A DNA stretch of 64,000 bases from Eutreptiella sp. 'Long Island Sound 2002' (lineage: Eukaryota; Protista; Euglenida): positions 117,366,001 to 117,430,000 of the forward strand of contig OZ038378.1 of NCBI GenBank assembly GCA_964036045.1, written 5' to 3'. Below, piece by piece: positions 62,261 to 64,000 of the stretch. A program made the translations under genes and the position numbers. Every line of letters starts with the position of its first letter. The first letter of the stretch is position 1. The notes under the pieces were generated by a model. It was not told where the DNA came from, did not search any database, and saw only the letters and a list, made by a program, of their open reading frames with translations.

Positions 62261-63572
62261 AGGTTGGCCACCCCGCTCAAGCGAACCTACATCGCCGAGA
62301 GCGCAATCACAGGTGGCCCATAGCGTGGTGCTGTGATGGCGCTCATGTTGGTGGCCCCAAACGGGCAACAACAAAGTGAAGGACTATACGAACAAAGCTA
62401 TGTACGGGGCACCATTCCCATACGGTCCTCAAACAAACCTCCCCTACAGCAAATTGAGCACACCTAGCCGGAGCTTAGTGCGGGTGTCGCAGACCTGAGG
62501 CACCAATGATGTTATATTGAAATTATCTTTCAAGGCATGAAGATTTGCATTTGAGGTGGCGGGCGACGGGAAATTTGGTGGTTGAGATGTGCACAAATAT
62601 AGCAGGATAGGCACCACAAAAGATACAGTCAGAGCACTGATAATCCGCAACCCATGGGTCATGTGTATACAAATCAAGGAGGCAGTGAAATGTCCTGCAG
62701 GCAGCAATGCATTAGACACTTACGATCATGGTTACTCCACACTGTCGGCTGGTTAGGACACCTCTCGCCGACTAGTGTGCCTAGTTGGATAATCCTGAAT
62801 ATTTCATGAGAGATGGCACTGTGTTTCTTCAGTATAGTGTGTGGTGTGGGCTATGTGATACAGTGTCCACGATTCAGGACCATTCATTCGAATGTTGTCC
62901 GAACACTACAGTCCAGGCGGCAGTTGCTGTGTATTTTGCGGACGGAAAATCCCAGACCCGGGTGAGGTTCAGAGCAAGTGTGGCACTAAACACGTTGTAG
63001 TGATGACACCTTTTCACCAAATTGGCGACCGGTGATGCAACCGTGGTGGGTCAATTTAGGCCTGCCTTCCTTTGCACACTCATGTCCCATCGCCTCCTTG
63101 GTCGATTACGTGCAATGGCGCCACGCGTTGTGCGAATGCATTGGCTGGTCACACACCCTCATATTCATTGTGCGGGACAATGTGTTCCCTTGTGCAAGGG
63201 AAAGGTAGAGCAACTTGGGCATCGCGTTGGCCTACCATGGTGCCCGCGCGCGCCAACTAGCCTATTGTTGGTTCATCGGGATGGATGGCTGTATGTGGCG
63301 ACAAGGATATGGCCCAACTGAGTGCCATATGGCGGGACAACCTCCGAAGGAGTTACAAAATTTGGTTTGCTACTTCGCTTTGCTACCCGGTCGTTCAAAT
63401 TTGAATGTTCAAACCACAAAAAGCGTTCAAAAAAGGTCAAAGCCGCCCAAAATCTGGTTTTTGAAGTTTCAAAACTGTGTTTGAACTTACAAAATGAAAC
63501 GTTTTATTTTTGCCTTCAAACTTTTACAATACATATAAGGCGCACTACAGGGGGGGGGGGGGTAAACCGCCT

Positions 63573-64000
63573 GTGCCGTGCCGTGCCGTGCCGTGCCACC
63601 CGTCGTGAGGAAGGGGGGTGTAAATGTTTGGTGCCGCGCTGTGCCGCAGTGTACATAGCAAATCAAGGCCAATCATGGAACTCAATAAGGACTCAGTTGG
63701 CATGTTGTGCAGTTGCTTCTTTTTGTGTGCCTGCGTCATCTGCACTTGCCTTTTGGTTTGTGGTGATTGACTATGAATGCAAGCTATGCTAAGTTTAAAT
63801 GCATTGGTTCTTTCAAATTTCCACACCATGTCATGGTTGAAATGTGCTACGTTTGCATGCATGTCACACTACATCACATTACTCTTTAGTTTGAACAATT
63901 CATTTGTTGTGCGATCTTGCAAGTCCGTAGTGACATTCCTTATTAATTTCTTGTGCTACGTCGTGCTGTGTTGTGTTGTGTTGTGTTGTGTTGTGTTGTG
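63573..64000. repeat. (GTGCC)5 at 63573-63597 and (TTGTG)6 at 63971-64000 microsatellites
   Basis: Read directly from the sequence. Confidence 0.9.

Noticed and set aside
62444-62719. Host gene exon with a signal anchor
   Set aside because: A short ORF with a hydrophobic stretch only; no homology motif or supported splice partners.
1-64000. rRNA, tRNA or spliced-leader RNA genes
   Set aside because: I recognised no conserved rRNA segments, cloverleaf-forming sequence or SL exon by eye. tRNAscan-SE or Infernal would be needed to exclude them.

Overview
Eukaryotic nuclear DNA that is repeat-rich and dominated by nested, mostly decayed transposable elements. It has GT-AG introns and a trypanosomatid/euglenozoan-style permease; a euglenid origin is my inference, not shown. 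Two host-like genes are supported: an apparently single-exon tandem class I SAM methyltransferase (4250-5692, -) and a 4-exon, 505-aa APC-family amino acid/polyamine permease (52842 to 38613, -) whose introns join in consistent phase. The mobile elements are: (1) a tyrosine-recombinase-type (DIRS/Ngaro/VIPER-like) RT-RNaseH fragment with candidate split direct repeats; (2) a decayed Ty3/gypsy element (gag-PR-X-RT-RH-IN-chromodomain, about 12.1-32.3 kb); (3) inserted in its gag, a 10.8-kb CCC...GGG TIR DNA transposon with a 2-bp TSD and an intron-containing Transib/RAG1/CMC-like transposase, whose 3' 1.49 kb is amplified into 6 tandem copies; (4) a second, divergent gypsy remnant; (5) a Penelope-like element with GIY-YIG placed N-terminal to the RT. 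The most striking observation is domain X. In both gypsy elements a Dam-like DNA N6-adenine methyltransferase domain lies between protease and RT: ELFAS...YANPPF, in frame with the protease, in element A, and DIFN...WMCPPH in element B. All family assignments come from motif recognition by eye, and no searches were run.
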